Positions 37,080-50,696 are shown, counted from the stretch's first letter. The stretch is DNA of 64,000 nucleotides from Mobula birostris (GCF_030028105.1 NC_092398.1:28614424-28678423); one strand, 5' to 3'. Made by a program: numbers and translations. The notes: a model not told the origin generated them from the sequence alone.

Positions 37080-40000
37080 TCCGGATACAAGGTATTACTG
37101 ACACTGGTGAAGTGATTGCACAGCAAAAAATTTGCACTGACTCCAATATGCTGACTTAATGTCACTTTCCGCCATATCAGACAGGATTAATTGTTACTCT
37201 TGATGACATGGCTGTGGACAGCGCAGTAGGTTGTTGTAGGTTACAACAGGACATTGGCAGAATGCAGAGCTGGGCCCAGAAAACTGAAATGATTCACATT
37301 GGAAGGTTGATCTTGAAGTCAGAGTGCAGGGTTAAATGGCAGTATTCTCAGCAGTGTGGAGGACAGAGGGATCTTTGGTCCATGTCCCCAGTCACCTCAA
37401 CGTTGCTATGCAAGTTGAAATTGTGGTTAAGAAGGCATATGGTATGTTGGCCTTCATTAGTCGAGGGATTGAGTTCAAGAGCTGACAGGTAATGATGCAG
37501 TTCTACAAAACCCTGGTTATACCACACTTAGAACAGGTTGTTCAGTCCAGGTCTCCTCATTATAGGAACGATGAAGAAGCTTCAGAGAGAGTGCAGAGCG
37601 GATTTACCAGGATGCTGCCTAGATTGGGGAGCATGTCTTGTGAGAATAGATTGAGTAAGTCAGAGCAAAGGAGGATGAGAGGCTACTTGAGAAAGGTGTA
37701 TAAGGGGTAATGATTGAGTGGATAGCCAGAGACTTTTTCCCAGGGCAGTAATGACTAATACAAAGGGCATAATTTTAGGTGATTGGAGGAAAGTATAAGG
37801 GGGATCTCAGGGGTGGGCACTAGCCTCCCCAGCATCCATCATTAAGGACCCATCACCCAGGACATGCCCTCATCTCATTGCTATCATCAGGGAGAAGGTA
37901 CAGGAGCCTGAAAGCATACACTCAACCATTCAGGAATAGCTTCTTCCCCTCTGCCAGCCAATTTCTGAATGGACATTGAACTCTGGAAAACTACGTCACT
38001 ATTTTTTTCCCCCCCCTCTTTTTATATCTCTTATTTAATTTAAGTACTTACTTACTATAATTTACAGTTTTTTATTACTTTGTATTGCAATGTACTGCTG
38101 CCACAAAGACAAATCTGACAACATATGCCGATGATATTAATCTTGATTCTGATAACTTAGTTGGCCTGGATGAGTTGGGCCAAAAGACCCTGTTTCTACC
38201 AAAATCAGACCTAGGTTTAATATCATCAGCATATTTCGTGAAATTTGTCTTTGCCGCAACAGTAAAGTACAATACACAATAACAGAAAAAATGTGAACTA
38301 CCGTGAGTATATATATATTACATAATTAAATTAAAGAAGTAGTGCAAAAATAGAAATAATAAAGTGGTTGAGGTAGTGTTGAAGGGATCAATGTCCATAC
38401 AGAAAGTGGATGGCAGAGGGGAAGCGGCTGTTCCTTAATTGCTGAGCGTGTGCCTTCAGGCTCCTGTACCTCCTTCCTGACGGTAGCAATGAGAACAAGG
38501 CATGTGCTGGGTGATGAGGGGCCTTAAAGAAGGATGCTGCCTTTTGAAGCATCACTCCCTCAAGATCTCTTGAATACTACAGAGGCTGGTGCCCATGATG
38601 GAGCTGTCGAAGTTTACACCCTCTCCCCATACCAGACGGTGAAGCAGCCAGTTAGAATGCTCACCTTGGTACATCTGTAAGAATTTGCAAATGCCTTTGG
38701 TGACACAGCAAATCTCAAAATCCTATTGAAATATAGGCAGCATCATAAATGCTTCGATACGTTGGGCCCAGGACAGATCCTGAGAGGTATAGATATCCAG
38801 GAACTTGAACTTGCTCACTCTCTCCACTTCTGACCCTTTGATGAGGATTGGTGTGTGTTCCCTTGCATTACCCTTTCTGAAGTCCACAATCAGTTCTCTG
38901 GTGATCACATTCCTCAAAGTTGGCCTTGCACCTCTATCTTCGCCCGACCTGTCAGCATAGCTCAAGACTAAAAACTTCAAACTTTTTTTGTTCTGTGAAA
39001 TACTGGAGGGCCATGGAGCAAGATTACAGTGTCTCTCCGAAAGAAGGTGGCATAGTTCCAGTGACCTTGGTTCTATCCTGAACCATCCAACCCCGCACGC
39101 CCCCCCCACCCCACCCCACCCCACCCCAGGACTGTCTAATGATTCAGATCCAGATTTATTTATTTTATTTAGAGCTACAGCACCCATCAAGCCACACCGC
39201 CCACCTATTTAACATTAGGCTAATCACAGGACAATTTTCAATGACCAATTAACCTACTAATTGGTGTACTTTTGAAACCAGAGCATCAGGAGGAAACCCA
39301 GGCATTTGTGGGAAGGACATACAAACTTCTTGCAGGCAGCGCTGGAATTGAATTCTGAACTTTGGCGCCCCGAGCTGTAATAGCGTCGCACTGACCGCTA
39401 CACTACCTTGGCGTCCGTGAATCACGTCGTTTGTTCAAACAACCTAACGAAGTGATGGGGGCAGCCCGCAAATGCCACACGTTCTGCCGCCAACGGAGCA
39501 TGCCCGTGATGCTCGGCAGAACGGCACGGAACACAACAAGCAACAAAACTACAATAGCAGAAGGAGACCCGTGTGACCAACACAAAATGCTGGAGAAACT
39601 CAGGGCAGGCAGTCTCTGTGGAAAGGAATAAGGAACTGATGTTTTAGGTTGAGACTCCTCTTCAGCAAACAAGCCCTGTTCCTCCATTTCCTCCCACCCA
39701 CACACACTTCCCCCAGGTGCTCCAGTTTCCAACCACAATCCAGAGAAGCACAGATCCAGTATAGCTGATTCATCATCATTACCACCATGTGACATGGACA
39801 ATCACGGTCTCATCACCATGATTGTTCTTGGCAAATCTTTCCACAGAACTGATTTTCTATTGCCTTCTTCTGGGCAGAGTCTTTACAAGATGAGTGACCT
39901 AGCCATTATCAATACTTTCCAGAGATCGTCTGCTTGGCGTCAGTGGTTGCATAACCAGGACTTGTGATATGTACCAGCTGCTTATACAACCATCCACCAA

Positions 40001-40261
40001 CTGCTCTGATGGCTTCACGTGACTCCGATTGGAGTGGTGGGGATTACAGTGTCTCACCTCGCCCTGGGGTGACCTACCGGCTAGTGGAGGGAAGAAGTGC
40101 CTTACAACTCCTTTGGTACAGACACATCTCCACCTCGCCACCTAACGTAGTTGATCGGCCACTGTAACTTGGTCCCAGTGTGGAGGTGACTGGCGGAACA
40201 GGGAGGAAAATTATGAAATAAAAGAAAGAAGGGCTAAGTCTACTAGAGGTATATATGTACC

Positions 40262-40292
40262 CTGATGAAGGGTCTCGCCTGAAACATTGACT
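40262..40292 (+). ncRNA. Partial hammerhead ribozyme motif
   Basis: CTGATGA-AGG-GTCTCG-CCT-GAAAC-ATT-GACT; the 5' strand of stem I is missing. Confidence 0.4.
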
Positions 40293-43200
40293 GTAAATTC
40301 CTCGCTCTAGATGCTGCCTGACTTAGAACATAGAATGTAAGACCACAATCTCTATCATCCCGTATTACCAGGTAGGAGGTACCGTAGCATTAGGGCAAGG
40401 ACTGTTAGGATGGGAAAAAGTTTCTTCCCCCTGACTGTAGACAATTGAACACCCTGCCATCACCCAGGTATCATCACTTATGAAGCACCAGTAGTGTTAT
40501 ACCATTTACTTTGCACCTAATGCAATATGTCAATCTTGTGGAATATATTTTATTAATTGTTAATTTATTTGTGGTAATATTACTTTGTGAGTTAAATGTA
40601 CTGTGTTGTGCACCTTGGTCTGGAGGAGCATGGTCTTTGTTTAGATATATGGTTGAGTGATAATAAACTGAAACTTCAACGTCAACAGTACAAGCCCTTC
40701 ACTCCAAGATGTTGTGCCGACCTTTTAAACTACTCCAAAATTATTCCAGCCCTTCCCTCTTACATAGACCTCCATTTTTATATCACCCATGTTCCAATCT
40801 AAGAGTTTCTTAAATGATCCTAATGTATGTGCCTCTACCACCACTGCTGGCAGCGCGTTTCATGCAGTCATCACTCTCTGTGTAAAAGCACAAACCTCTG
40901 ATACTCTCGACTATACTTTCTTTCAATCACCTTAAAATTATGCCCCCATTCCCACCCTGGGACTTGCCGAGTTCCTCCAGCACTTTGCTCAAGATTTCCA
41001 GCATCTACAGAATCTCGTGTACATACAGGTGATATACCCCGATGGTCAGTAAGGAATCAAGTTAACAAAGGATGGCGCACATGTGGAATAAACTGCCAGT
41101 GGAGGTGGTGATTGCAGGTTTGATTTCAACACTTAAGGGAAGTTTGGATAAGTACATTGATGGGGGTGGTGTGGAGCGCTATGGTCTGGTTGTGGGTCAA
41201 TGGGAGTAGGCAGTTTGGCATGAAATTGATGAGCCAAAGGGCCAGTTTCTGTGCTGTGATGCTCTGGGACTCCACAGCTATCATTTTTGATATACATTCG
41301 AGAGACAGCACGGTAACAAGCCAAACAACAGGAATTCTGCAGATGCTGGAAATTCAAGCAACTTTGATGTGTGTTACGGTAACAAGCCCTTCAGGTCTAA
41401 AGAGCCTGCACCACCCAATTACACCCATGTCAGCAATTAACCTTCTTCAGCCAGAGAGTGGTGAATCTGTGGACTTCATTGCCACAGACCGCTGTGGAGG
41501 ACAGGCCATTGGGTATATTTAAAGTGGAGGTTGAAAGGTGCTTGATTAGAAAGGGCTTCAAAGGTGATGGGGAGAAGGCAGGAGAATGGGGAGAGGGCTA
41601 ATAAACCAGTCATGATGGAATGACAGAGCAGATTCGATGGGCTGTTTTCTGCTCTGATGTCTTATAGGCGGGAGGAGAAGATGGCAGCGTGCGCAGCTCT
41701 CCGGTGAAATGATATCGTATCTGTAAGTAGGACGCCGTGCACAATTCTGATTTCATGAAGACAGACGTGAGAAGCAGAGGAACATCTGGAGAAATTTCTG
41801 AAATGTCCGGTTCACTGCCGCTGCTACTGTGCGATCAAGAATCTCCAGAGGGAAGGCCCCAAAATCCTCAGCTTCTCCCGCTGCTGGTGGCCGGGGCTGG
41901 GGTCGAAGCGTTTGGGTAGAGATGGTGCTCGGTGTCGGAAGGCTGATCAGAGCTTGAAGTTTTCGGACGGACTCAGAGTCAGACTGTGGTCGGGCATGGC
42001 AGGGAGAATTTTCTTCCTTCTCCCGTCTGCGTGAGATGTGGGACATTCGAGAGACTTTGAACTTTTTTACCGTGCCCATGGTCTGTTCTTATATGGTATT
42101 GTTGCACTGTTGTGACTATATGTTATAATTATGTGGTTTTTATTAGTTTTTCAGTCTTGGTCTGTCCTGTATTCTGTGATATCACACCGGAGGAATATTG
42201 TATCATTTCTTAATGCATGCATTACTAAATGACAATAAAAGAGGACTGCGTGTCCTCATAATCTAATAATCTAATTTGGAATGTGGGAGGAAACCCACAC
42301 GATCAGGAGCAGACCGTACACTATTCCTCACAGGCAGCAGTGGGTTTGAACCCGGGTTGCTGGTTATGCCACTGCGCTACCCATTCTTAAGGCTGTGTGT
42401 GCGCGAGTGATTAACATACTAAAGCAACTGTGGGCTGCCCACAGGTGACTAAAGTGAAAGGGGCAAGTGATTAATTCAAGGAAGGCCCTTGCAGACTCCA
42501 ACGCTTGTTAATGGCGATATGCATCTTGTGCTGAAGAAGGTATTACCTGGGTGTGTAACAGAGGCACTTGCATTTGAACATATGAAGCCTTGAATCCAGT
42601 TCATCCCACGTTGAGAGCCACAACCATGGTGAGCTGGAGAGAAATAATCAATGCTATTATGGGTTTACTGAGTATGCCCACAAAAAAATTGAATCTCAGC
42701 GTTGGTTATGGTGACATATACGGTATGTACTTTGATGATAAATTCACTTTGAACTTTGATAAGCATTGTGAAGTCACTGAGGTGTCTGCAAGGGAATGCT
42801 GCTGAGGGGCACAAGGCAGTACGGGAAAAGACTGCAATCTAAAGTCCGCTGGAATGGGACACTTTGAAAGCACTGAGACATGGCCCAGCAAGGTAGTGAA
42901 AGAGGGAAGTTCATCACAAATGGTAACTGTTGGTCTTACCATTGACACACAGATTCTCAAAAAATGAATTAAATACAACACTTGTGGTTAAATTAAAGGC
43001 GTTGATGAATCGGCAGATAGGAGCAAGATTAAAAATCTCGTTGATTGCTGCCATACCAACAACCTCTCATTCAAATTCAGCAAAATCAAAAAACTGATTA
43101 CTGACTACAGGAGGAGGAAATCAGAGGTCCATGAGCCTGTCCTCATTGGGGGATCAGTAGTGAAGAGGGTCAGTAACTTTTCAATTCCTTCGCATTGCCT

Positions 43201-44375
43201 TATCAGAGGATCTGTGTTGGAACCAGCACATTGCGTTGTCACAAAGAAAAGACTGCAGCATCTCTAATTTCTTAGAAGTTTATACAGATTCGGTACGTCA
43301 TCAAAAAATTTGACAAACCTCTATAGAAATGGAAAAGTCAACGGAAAGTGGTGGACACAGCCCAGTCCATCACAGGTAAAGCCCTCCCCACCACTGAGAA
43401 CATTTATAAGGAGTGCTGTTGTTGGCCATGAAGGAATTAAATTATGGAATAAAACACTGAATTTGAATGGGTCAAGGACAGTGGAAGTAGATAAACCAAT
43501 TGTCTGTTCTTGCCATGTGCTTGAAGGAATAGAGGTTGCCATTTTGTGAAGCTCCTCCGTAACCTCCATTTTGTGAACTGTTTGATGAACTGATTCTTTC
43601 TGTGGGATAACTTAATCAGAACAATTGAATGTGGACACAAGAATTTTCTGCTATTGAACTGAGATCATACATAGACTATGTATTGTGTACAATGGCATGC
43701 TTGCAGAAGTAATCTCAGAGGAGATTTATAAGGATGTTGCCTGGATTGGGAGCATGCTTTATGAGAATAGGTTGAGTGAACTCGGCCTTTTTTCCTTGGA
43801 ACGACGGAGGATGAGAGGTGACCTGATAGAGGTGTATAAGATGATGAGAGGCATTGATCGTGTGGATAGTCAGAGGCTTTTCCCAGGGCTGGAATGGCTA
43901 GCACAAGAGGGCACAGTTTTAAGCTGCTTGGAAATAGGTACAGAGGAGATGTAAGGGGTAAGTTTTTTTTTGCGCAGCCAGTGGTGAGTGCGTGGAATGA
44001 GCTGCCAGTGACAGTGGTGGAGGCAGATATGATAGGGTCTTTTAAGAGACTCTTGGACAGGTACATGGAGCTTAGAAAAATAGAGGGCTATGGGTAACCC
44101 TAGGTAATTTCGAAGGTAAGGACATGTTTGGCACAGCTATGTGGGCTAAGGGCCTGTATTGTGCTGTAGGTTTTCTGTTTTTAATTTTGGCCCAGTTTCT
44201 GGGTGACCTGGTTTGAACCAGTGTTGAAGAAAACTAAGGAAGTTACCTAAGGCATGATGTTGTGTAGCCCTTGTACTACATCCAATGGGAATCAGTTATT
44301 AGGGCAGTCAGAAGACCTCGAGCCAACAAGATAGAAGTGCATTATTTGAACTGACAAGGAAGACAATAAGACCTA

Positions 44376-46039
44376 CAGTGGCATGCAAAAGTTTTAGAAC
44401 ATATAGAACATAGAATAGCACAGCACATTACAGGCCCCCTTGGCCCACAATGTTGTGCCGATCCTCAAACCCTGCCTCCCATATAACCCCGCACCTTAAA
44501 TTCCCCCATATACCTGTCTAGTGGTTTTGGCACCCCTGGTCAAAATTTCTGTTACTGTGAATAGTTAAGTAAGTAGAAGATGAACTGATCTCCAAAGGTC
44601 ATAAAGTTAAAAATGAAACATTATTTTCAATATTTTAAACAAGATTAGTGTATTATTTTTGTTTTGTACAATTTTTGAGTGAAAAAAAGGAAAAGAGCAG
44701 CATGCAAACATTTGGGCGCCCCAAAAGATGTGAGGTCTCAGATAACTTTTATCAAGGTCTCAGACCTTAATTAGCTTGTTAGGGCTATGGCTTATTCACA
44801 GTCATCGTTAGGAAAGACCAGGTGATGCAAATTTCAAAGCTTTATGAATACCCTGACTCCTCAAGCTTTGTCCCAACAAACAGCAGCCATGGGCTCCGCT
44901 AAGCAGCTGCCTAGCACTCTGAAAATTATAGTAATTGATGTCCACAAAACAGGAGAAGGCTATAAGAAGATAGCAAAGCGTTTTCAGGTAGCTGTTTCCT
45001 CAGTTCGTAATATAACTAAAAAATGGCAGTTAACAGGAATGGTGGTGTGCAAGTTGAGGTCTGGAAGACCAAGAAAACTTTCTGAGAGAACTGCTCGCAG
45101 GGTTGCTAGAAAGGCAAATCAAAACATCCGTTTGACTGCAAAAGAGCTTCAGGAAGATTTAGCAGACTCTGGAGTGGTGGTGCACTGTTCTACTACACAA
45201 AAATGACCTGCATGAAAGAGTCATCAGAAGAAAACCTTTCCTGCATCCTCACCACAAAATTCAGCAACAGAAGTTTGCCAAGGAACATCGAAACAAGCCT
45301 GATGCATTTTGGAAACAAGTCCTGTGGACTGATGAAGTTAAAATAGAATTTTTTGGCCGCAATGAGCAAAGGTATGTCTGGAGAAAAAAGGGTGCAGAAT
45401 TTAATGAAAAGAACACCTCTCCAACTGTTAAGCACGGGGGTGGATCGATCTTGCTTTGGGCTTGTGTTACAGCCAGTGACACGGGGAACATTTCACTGGT
45501 AGAGGGAAGAATGAATTCAATTAAATACAAATTCTGGAAGCAAACATCACACCATCTGTAAAAAAGCTGAAGACGAAAAGAGGATGACTTCTACAACAGG
45601 ATAATGATCCTAAACACATCTCAAAATCCACAACGGACTACCTCAAGAGACGCAAGCTGAAGGTTTTGCCATGGCCCTCACAGTCCCCCGACCTAAACAT
45701 CATTGGGAATCTGTGGATAGACCTCAAAGAGCAGTGCATGCAAGATGGCTCAAGAATCTCACAGAACTGGTAGCCTTTTGCAAGGAGGAATGGGTGAAAA
45801 TCCCTCAAACAAGAATTGAGAGACTCTTAACTGGCTACAGAAAGCATTTACAACCTGTGATACTTGCCAAAGGCGGGTGTGACTAAGTACTGACCAGGCA
45901 GGGTGCCCAAACTTTTGCTTTAGGTCCTTTTTCTTTTTTGTTATTTTGAAACTGTTAAAGATGGAAATAAAAAAGTAATCTTGCTTAAAATATGAAAGAA
46001 TTGCATCATCTTTAACTTTATGCCTTTTGGAAATCAAGT
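44376..46039 (+). mobile_element. Tc1 transposon copy 1 (degenerate DD34E transposase 44889-45886); left TIR interrupted by a CR1 tail (44395-44521)
   Basis: TA at 44374-44375, then cagtggcatgcaaaagttt. The transposase reads [43 protein letters not shown]. The outer part of the right TIR is missing. Confidence 0.9.
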
Positions 46040-48502
46040 TGGAGAGGTGTTCTTCTCATGAAATTCTGCACCCTTTTTTCTCCAAACATACCTTTGCTCA
46101 TTGTGGCCAAAAAGTTCTATTTTAACTTCATCAGTTCACAGGACTTGTTTCCATAATGCATCAGGCTTGTTTCGATGTTCCTTTCCAAACTTCTAATGCT
46201 GAATTTTGTGGTGAGGATGCAGGAAAGGTTTTCTTCTGATGACTTCCATGAAGGTCATATTTGTGCAGGTGTCGATGCACAGTAGAACAGTACACCACTA
46301 CTCCAGAGTCTGCTAAATCTTCCTGAAGGTCTTTTGCAGTCAAACAGGGGTTTTGATTTGCCTTTCTAGCAATCCTACGAGCAATTCTCTCAGAAAGTTT
46401 TCTTGGTCTTCCAGACCACAACTTAACTTCCACCGTTTCTGTTTACTGCCATTTCTTAACTACATTACAAACTGAGGAAATGGCTACCTGAAAACGCTTT
46501 GCTATCTTTTTATAACCTTCTCCTGCTTTGTGGACATCAATCATTTTAATTTTCACAGTGCTAGGCAGCTTCTTAGAGGAGCCCATGGCTGCTGATTGTT
46601 GGGACAAGATTCTTCTTCTTCTATTTCCGGCTGTTTAGACGCATCTAGGCATATTACAGCCCTCTGCAGGATGTATAATTAATTATAGAACTTCAAGGAA
46701 CTCAAATTCTCGAATACAACCTAGTCTCATGTATAAACTGAATAATAGTCTTCAATCAGATGTTGATTCTCTTGATGGCCAAACGAAGATTTAATAGAAA
46801 ACCAAAATAAATTTAAGCCAGACAGCCTCTTGAACAAGATGCTTCTTTCAATTTTGTATCGATTACAGCTCAGCAAAACATGCTGGACTGTCTCTGGACT
46901 ACCACAGTCACATGTAGGATGTTTTCCTATAATCTTTAAATAATAATTTAGTCCACAATGCCCCAACCTAAGTCTTGTAAATTTCACCATATCTCTACGA
47001 CTTAAAAGGTAACAGTCTGAGACCTTTTTAACTCATGGGTGACTAGAAAAATAATGCCTGCCCCTCAATTCATTTTTCCAATCCTCCTGCCGCTTCTTCT
47101 CTAGACCTTTTTTAATCCCACTTCTCAATTCTGCTCTGCCTAGGAGAACTCTAATTTATACTTGCCCGGTCTGTAAGGAAGACTTTGCAATGCCATCCAC
47201 AATTTCATTTTCCTCCACCCCAGCATGCCCAGGTATCCAAGAAAATCTAATTGCACAACCCATCTTCCCTACTCTAAACAGCACTAAGAGAATCTCAATA
47301 ATTATCTCAGGACGAGCTTTTGATTTACTCCCTTTTATAGACTCGAAGGCAGCAGCAGAATCCGAACAGATGATAACCCTGCATGGTTGAGAGTCTTCTA
47401 TCCACCATAAGGCCCAGAGGATTGCTAATAATTTTGTAGCAAAGACAGAAACACCATCTGAAACCCAGTGATCAATCTTAACTCCAAGTTGAGACACATA
47501 CATCTCAAATTCTGCCCTACTGCTCTCTGGGTCCACTGAGCCATCAGTAAAAATCTTCAGATAAGATCCCCATTTATTATTTAAATATTCATTTGTGATC
47601 AACGTTGATGAAATTGCACTGCTTCTTGAAGCTGAAAAGGGAGGATTATATCTACTTCTGGTTCTGGAAAGAGCCAAAAAGGGATGGGTGGTAAGAAAAT
47701 TTGGTGAACTATGTCTTCCTCAGTCAGTTTCAATTTCACAGCCCAGTTAGTAACCAAATCTAAAAATGGGTATCTTTTAATTTTACTTTGGCGCTCTGAC
47801 TTCCCCTGCAAAAGACACCTTGATGGACAGCAGTGATTGAATCCATTTAGTTTTACCCAATACTGCAGGCCCAACTGAATTTGTCTTAAATGCAGAGGCA
47901 GTTCTCCCATCTCCACACATAATGCTGGGACTGATGTTGTCCTAAAAGCTCCACAACAGCATCTAAGTGCTTTGGACTGCACACCGTCTAGTTTTCCAAG
48001 CACTGCTGTAGCAGCGGGAACCATAAGCAATACAACCATAATCTATAACTGATCAAATCATAGCTAGATATATTAAGTACATAGTTTCCCGCCCTGCTCT
48101 ACAGTCGCATCCAGCAATACTTCTCATAACATTTAAAACTTTCTCACACTTTTTGGGACAAGTTTGTGGAGTCAGGGTATTTATAAAGCTTTGAAATTTG
48201 CATCACCTGGCCTTACCTAACGATGATTGTGAACAAGCTAATTAAGGTCTGAGACCTTGGGAAAAGTTAAATGAGAGCTCAAATCTCTTGGGGTGCCCAA
48301 ACTTTTGCATGATGCTCCTTTCCTTTTTTTCACTCTAAAATTGTACAAAACAAAAATAATACACTGATCTTGCTTAAAGTGTTGAAAAGAATGTTTCATT
48401 TTTAACTTTATGACTTTTGGAGATTAGTTCATCTTCTACTCACTTAACTATTCACAGTAACAGAAATTTTGACCGGGGTGCCCAAACTTTTGCATGCCTC
48501 TG
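46036..48502 (-). mobile_element. Tc1 transposon copy 2 (5' half, inverted), interrupted by a LINE
   Basis: 46036-46608 and 48153-48502 are the reverse complement of copy 1's 5' half. The TIR ends ...tgcatgcctctg followed by TA (48503-48504). Confidence 0.88.
46609..48152 (-). mobile_element. 5'-truncated I-group (I/Nimb-like) LINE with RNase H and CCHC knuckle
   Basis: RNase H: IFTDGS..SDS..WIPGHAGVEENE. C-terminus: RLRLGH..CDCGSPETVQHVLLSC. (GAA)n tail and exact 10-bp TSD ttgggacaag (46599-46608, 48153-48162). Confidence 0.88.
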
Positions 48503-48955
48503 TATGTTTTTATTTGCACAATTAGTCTTCTTTTGCACATTGGTTGTTGATCAGTTTTTGATTATGTATAGTCTTCATAAATTTGATTGTAATTATTTTC
48601 CTGTAAATGCCCGGAAGAAGATGAATCTCAAGGCAATATTTGATGGCATATATGTACTTGGATGCTATATTTAAATCACAAGGCATAGAAGCAGAATTAG
48701 GGCATTTGGCCTATTGAGTCTGTGCTGGCCATTTCATTGCAGCTGATTTATTATTCATCTCAAACCCATTCTCCTGCCTTCTCCTGCCTTCTCCCCATGA
48801 TCTTTGATGCCCTTACTAAACTTTAATTTTAACAAGTTGTAATACAAATCACAAATTTACTCTGACTTTGGTGGTTACACTGCTCAGAAGAGGCCACATG
48901 AAAATAGTATGCACAGAATGGAAGACACAATCAAGATGCTGATTTGATGACACAA

Positions 48956-48999
48956 TCAATCTAGAAAGGGGCATCTACCAATCATATTGTATTTCCTGC
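48956..48999 (-). CDS. Candidate cytoplasmic-tail exon of the WB gene (GRKYNMIGRCPFLD*)
   Basis: Acceptor ctttattcatttaaattatag in apparently non-repeat DNA. It is phase-compatible with the TM exon and ends in TGA. An ATTAAA on - at 48822-48827 is a possible poly(A) signal. Not uniquely determined. Confidence 0.4.
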
Positions 49000-50660
49000 C
49001 TATAATTTAAATGAATAAAGGTATGTTTTAGAAACAAAGAAAAGTACAGCTCAGAACCAGGCCATTCCGCCCACATTTGTACTAGCCACGATACCAAATT
49101 ACACAATCTCCTTTTAGTCTTCACTCAGTGGCCACTTTATTAGATATTTGCTTGTTAATGCAAATATCTAATCAGCCAATCATGTGGCAACTCAATGCAT
49201 AAAAGCATGCAGACGTGGTCAAGAGGTTCAGTTGTTGTTCAGTCCAAACATCAGAATGGGGAAGAAATATGATCCAAGTAACTTTGACCATAGACCAGGC
49301 AGGGTGGTTTGAATAGCTTAGTAACTGCTGATCTCCTGGGATTTTCATGGGCAACAGTCCCTAGAGTTTATAGAGAACAAAAAAAAAATCCACGGAGCAG
49401 TTCTGATGGGCTGAGTGGACTAATTGTACTCTGATGTCTTACGTCCTATCTCTGAAGATTAAAACGCTTTAATCCACAGCTTTGGGACCTGAGTGGTGCT
49501 GGCTACACAAAATGTCTCCTTCAGACTTAATGACTGGTCTTGGCCCAAAATGTCAACTGTTTATTCCCCTCCATAGATGCTGCCTGACCGACTGAATTTT
49601 TGCAGCATTGTGTGTATGTGTCTGTGTGCGTTGCTCTGGATTTCCACCAACTGCAGAATCTTTTGTGTTTCGAAACCGTCCCCTGGCCGTTTGCCACTGA
49701 CCAGGAGAACGGTTCTTTCAGACACTCCCAAGTCACATGAGGCTTCCAAGAACAGTTGGTAACCCGAAGTTTCAATGAAATGGAAATACTGTCAGCCGAA
49801 ATATCAAAAGTTACATTGTGAAGTTAATTAGCTACAGGTTAGTGCAGATCAGAAGCAGGTTTAATATTAATAGAATTAATAGAAACATCTAATCAGCCAA
49901 TCATGTGGCAGAAACTCAATGCATGCAGACAGTCAAGAGGTACATTTGTTGTTCAGACCGAGCATCAGAGAGGGGAAGAAATGTGATCTAAGTAACTTTG
50001 ACTGTGGAATGATTGTTGGTGCCAGATGGGGTGGTTTGATTATCACAGTAACTGCTGATCTCCTGGGATTTTCACATACAACAGTCTCTAGAGTTTACAG
50101 ACAATGATGCGAGGAACAAAAGTGGGGCGGCAGTTCTGAGGGTGAAAACAATTTGTTAATGGGTGGGGTCAGAGGAGAATGGCCAGATTGGTTCAAGCTG
50201 ACAGGAAGGCGACACTAACTCAAATAACCACACGTTACAACAGTGGTGTGCAGAAGAGCATCTCTGAACACACAACATGTCAAACTTTGAAAGTGATGGG
50301 CTGCAGCAGCAGACCATGAACATAAACGTTATTATATTCCTCATGCACCCTTAATAAAGTGGCCACTGAGGGTATAATGGCTCCACTTCTTGCTTGTTCA
50401 CTCGTCTGCCAAAGTGGTCTTAAACATTGCTTTCATATCTGGTTCCACCACCTCCCCTGGTACCCCAGGTCCTGACCGCTCTGTGTAGAACAGTTCTCCT
50501 CACAACTCTCCGTTCACTTTTCCTCTCTCACCAGGAATCTGCACCATCGGACATTTGATAAACACAAGGGGTTCTGCAGATGCTGGAAAATCCAGAGCAA
50601 CACACACAAAATGCTGGATGAACTCAGCAGGTGAGGCAGCAATGATGGAGGGGAATAAAC

Positions 50661-50696
50661 AGTCAATGTTTCAGGTCAAGAACCTTCGTCAGGACT
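50661..50696 (-). ncRNA. Hammerhead ribozyme motif variant in a Penelope fragment (~50560-50945)
   Basis: AGTC-CTGACGA-AGGT-TCTTG-ACCT-GAAAC-ATT-GACT. Stems I and II are fully paired and the core is intact; stem III has a C-A mismatch. Confidence 0.6.

Noticed and set aside
27000-44300. Additional host genes among the many 60-160-aa ORFs between WA and WB
   Set aside because: All interpretable ORFs map to CR1, Rex/Babar, Penelope, Hero, Tc1 or SINE remnants or their antisense frames. No spliceable non-repeat exon chain was seen, though small exons could be missed by eye.
49824-49831. Alternative WB last exon after ctaacctgtag (would add A-N-stop)
   Set aside because: It lies in the duplicated intronic block also present upstream of the C1 exon and has a weak pyrimidine tract. 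It is less favoured than 48956-48999 but not excluded without cDNA.
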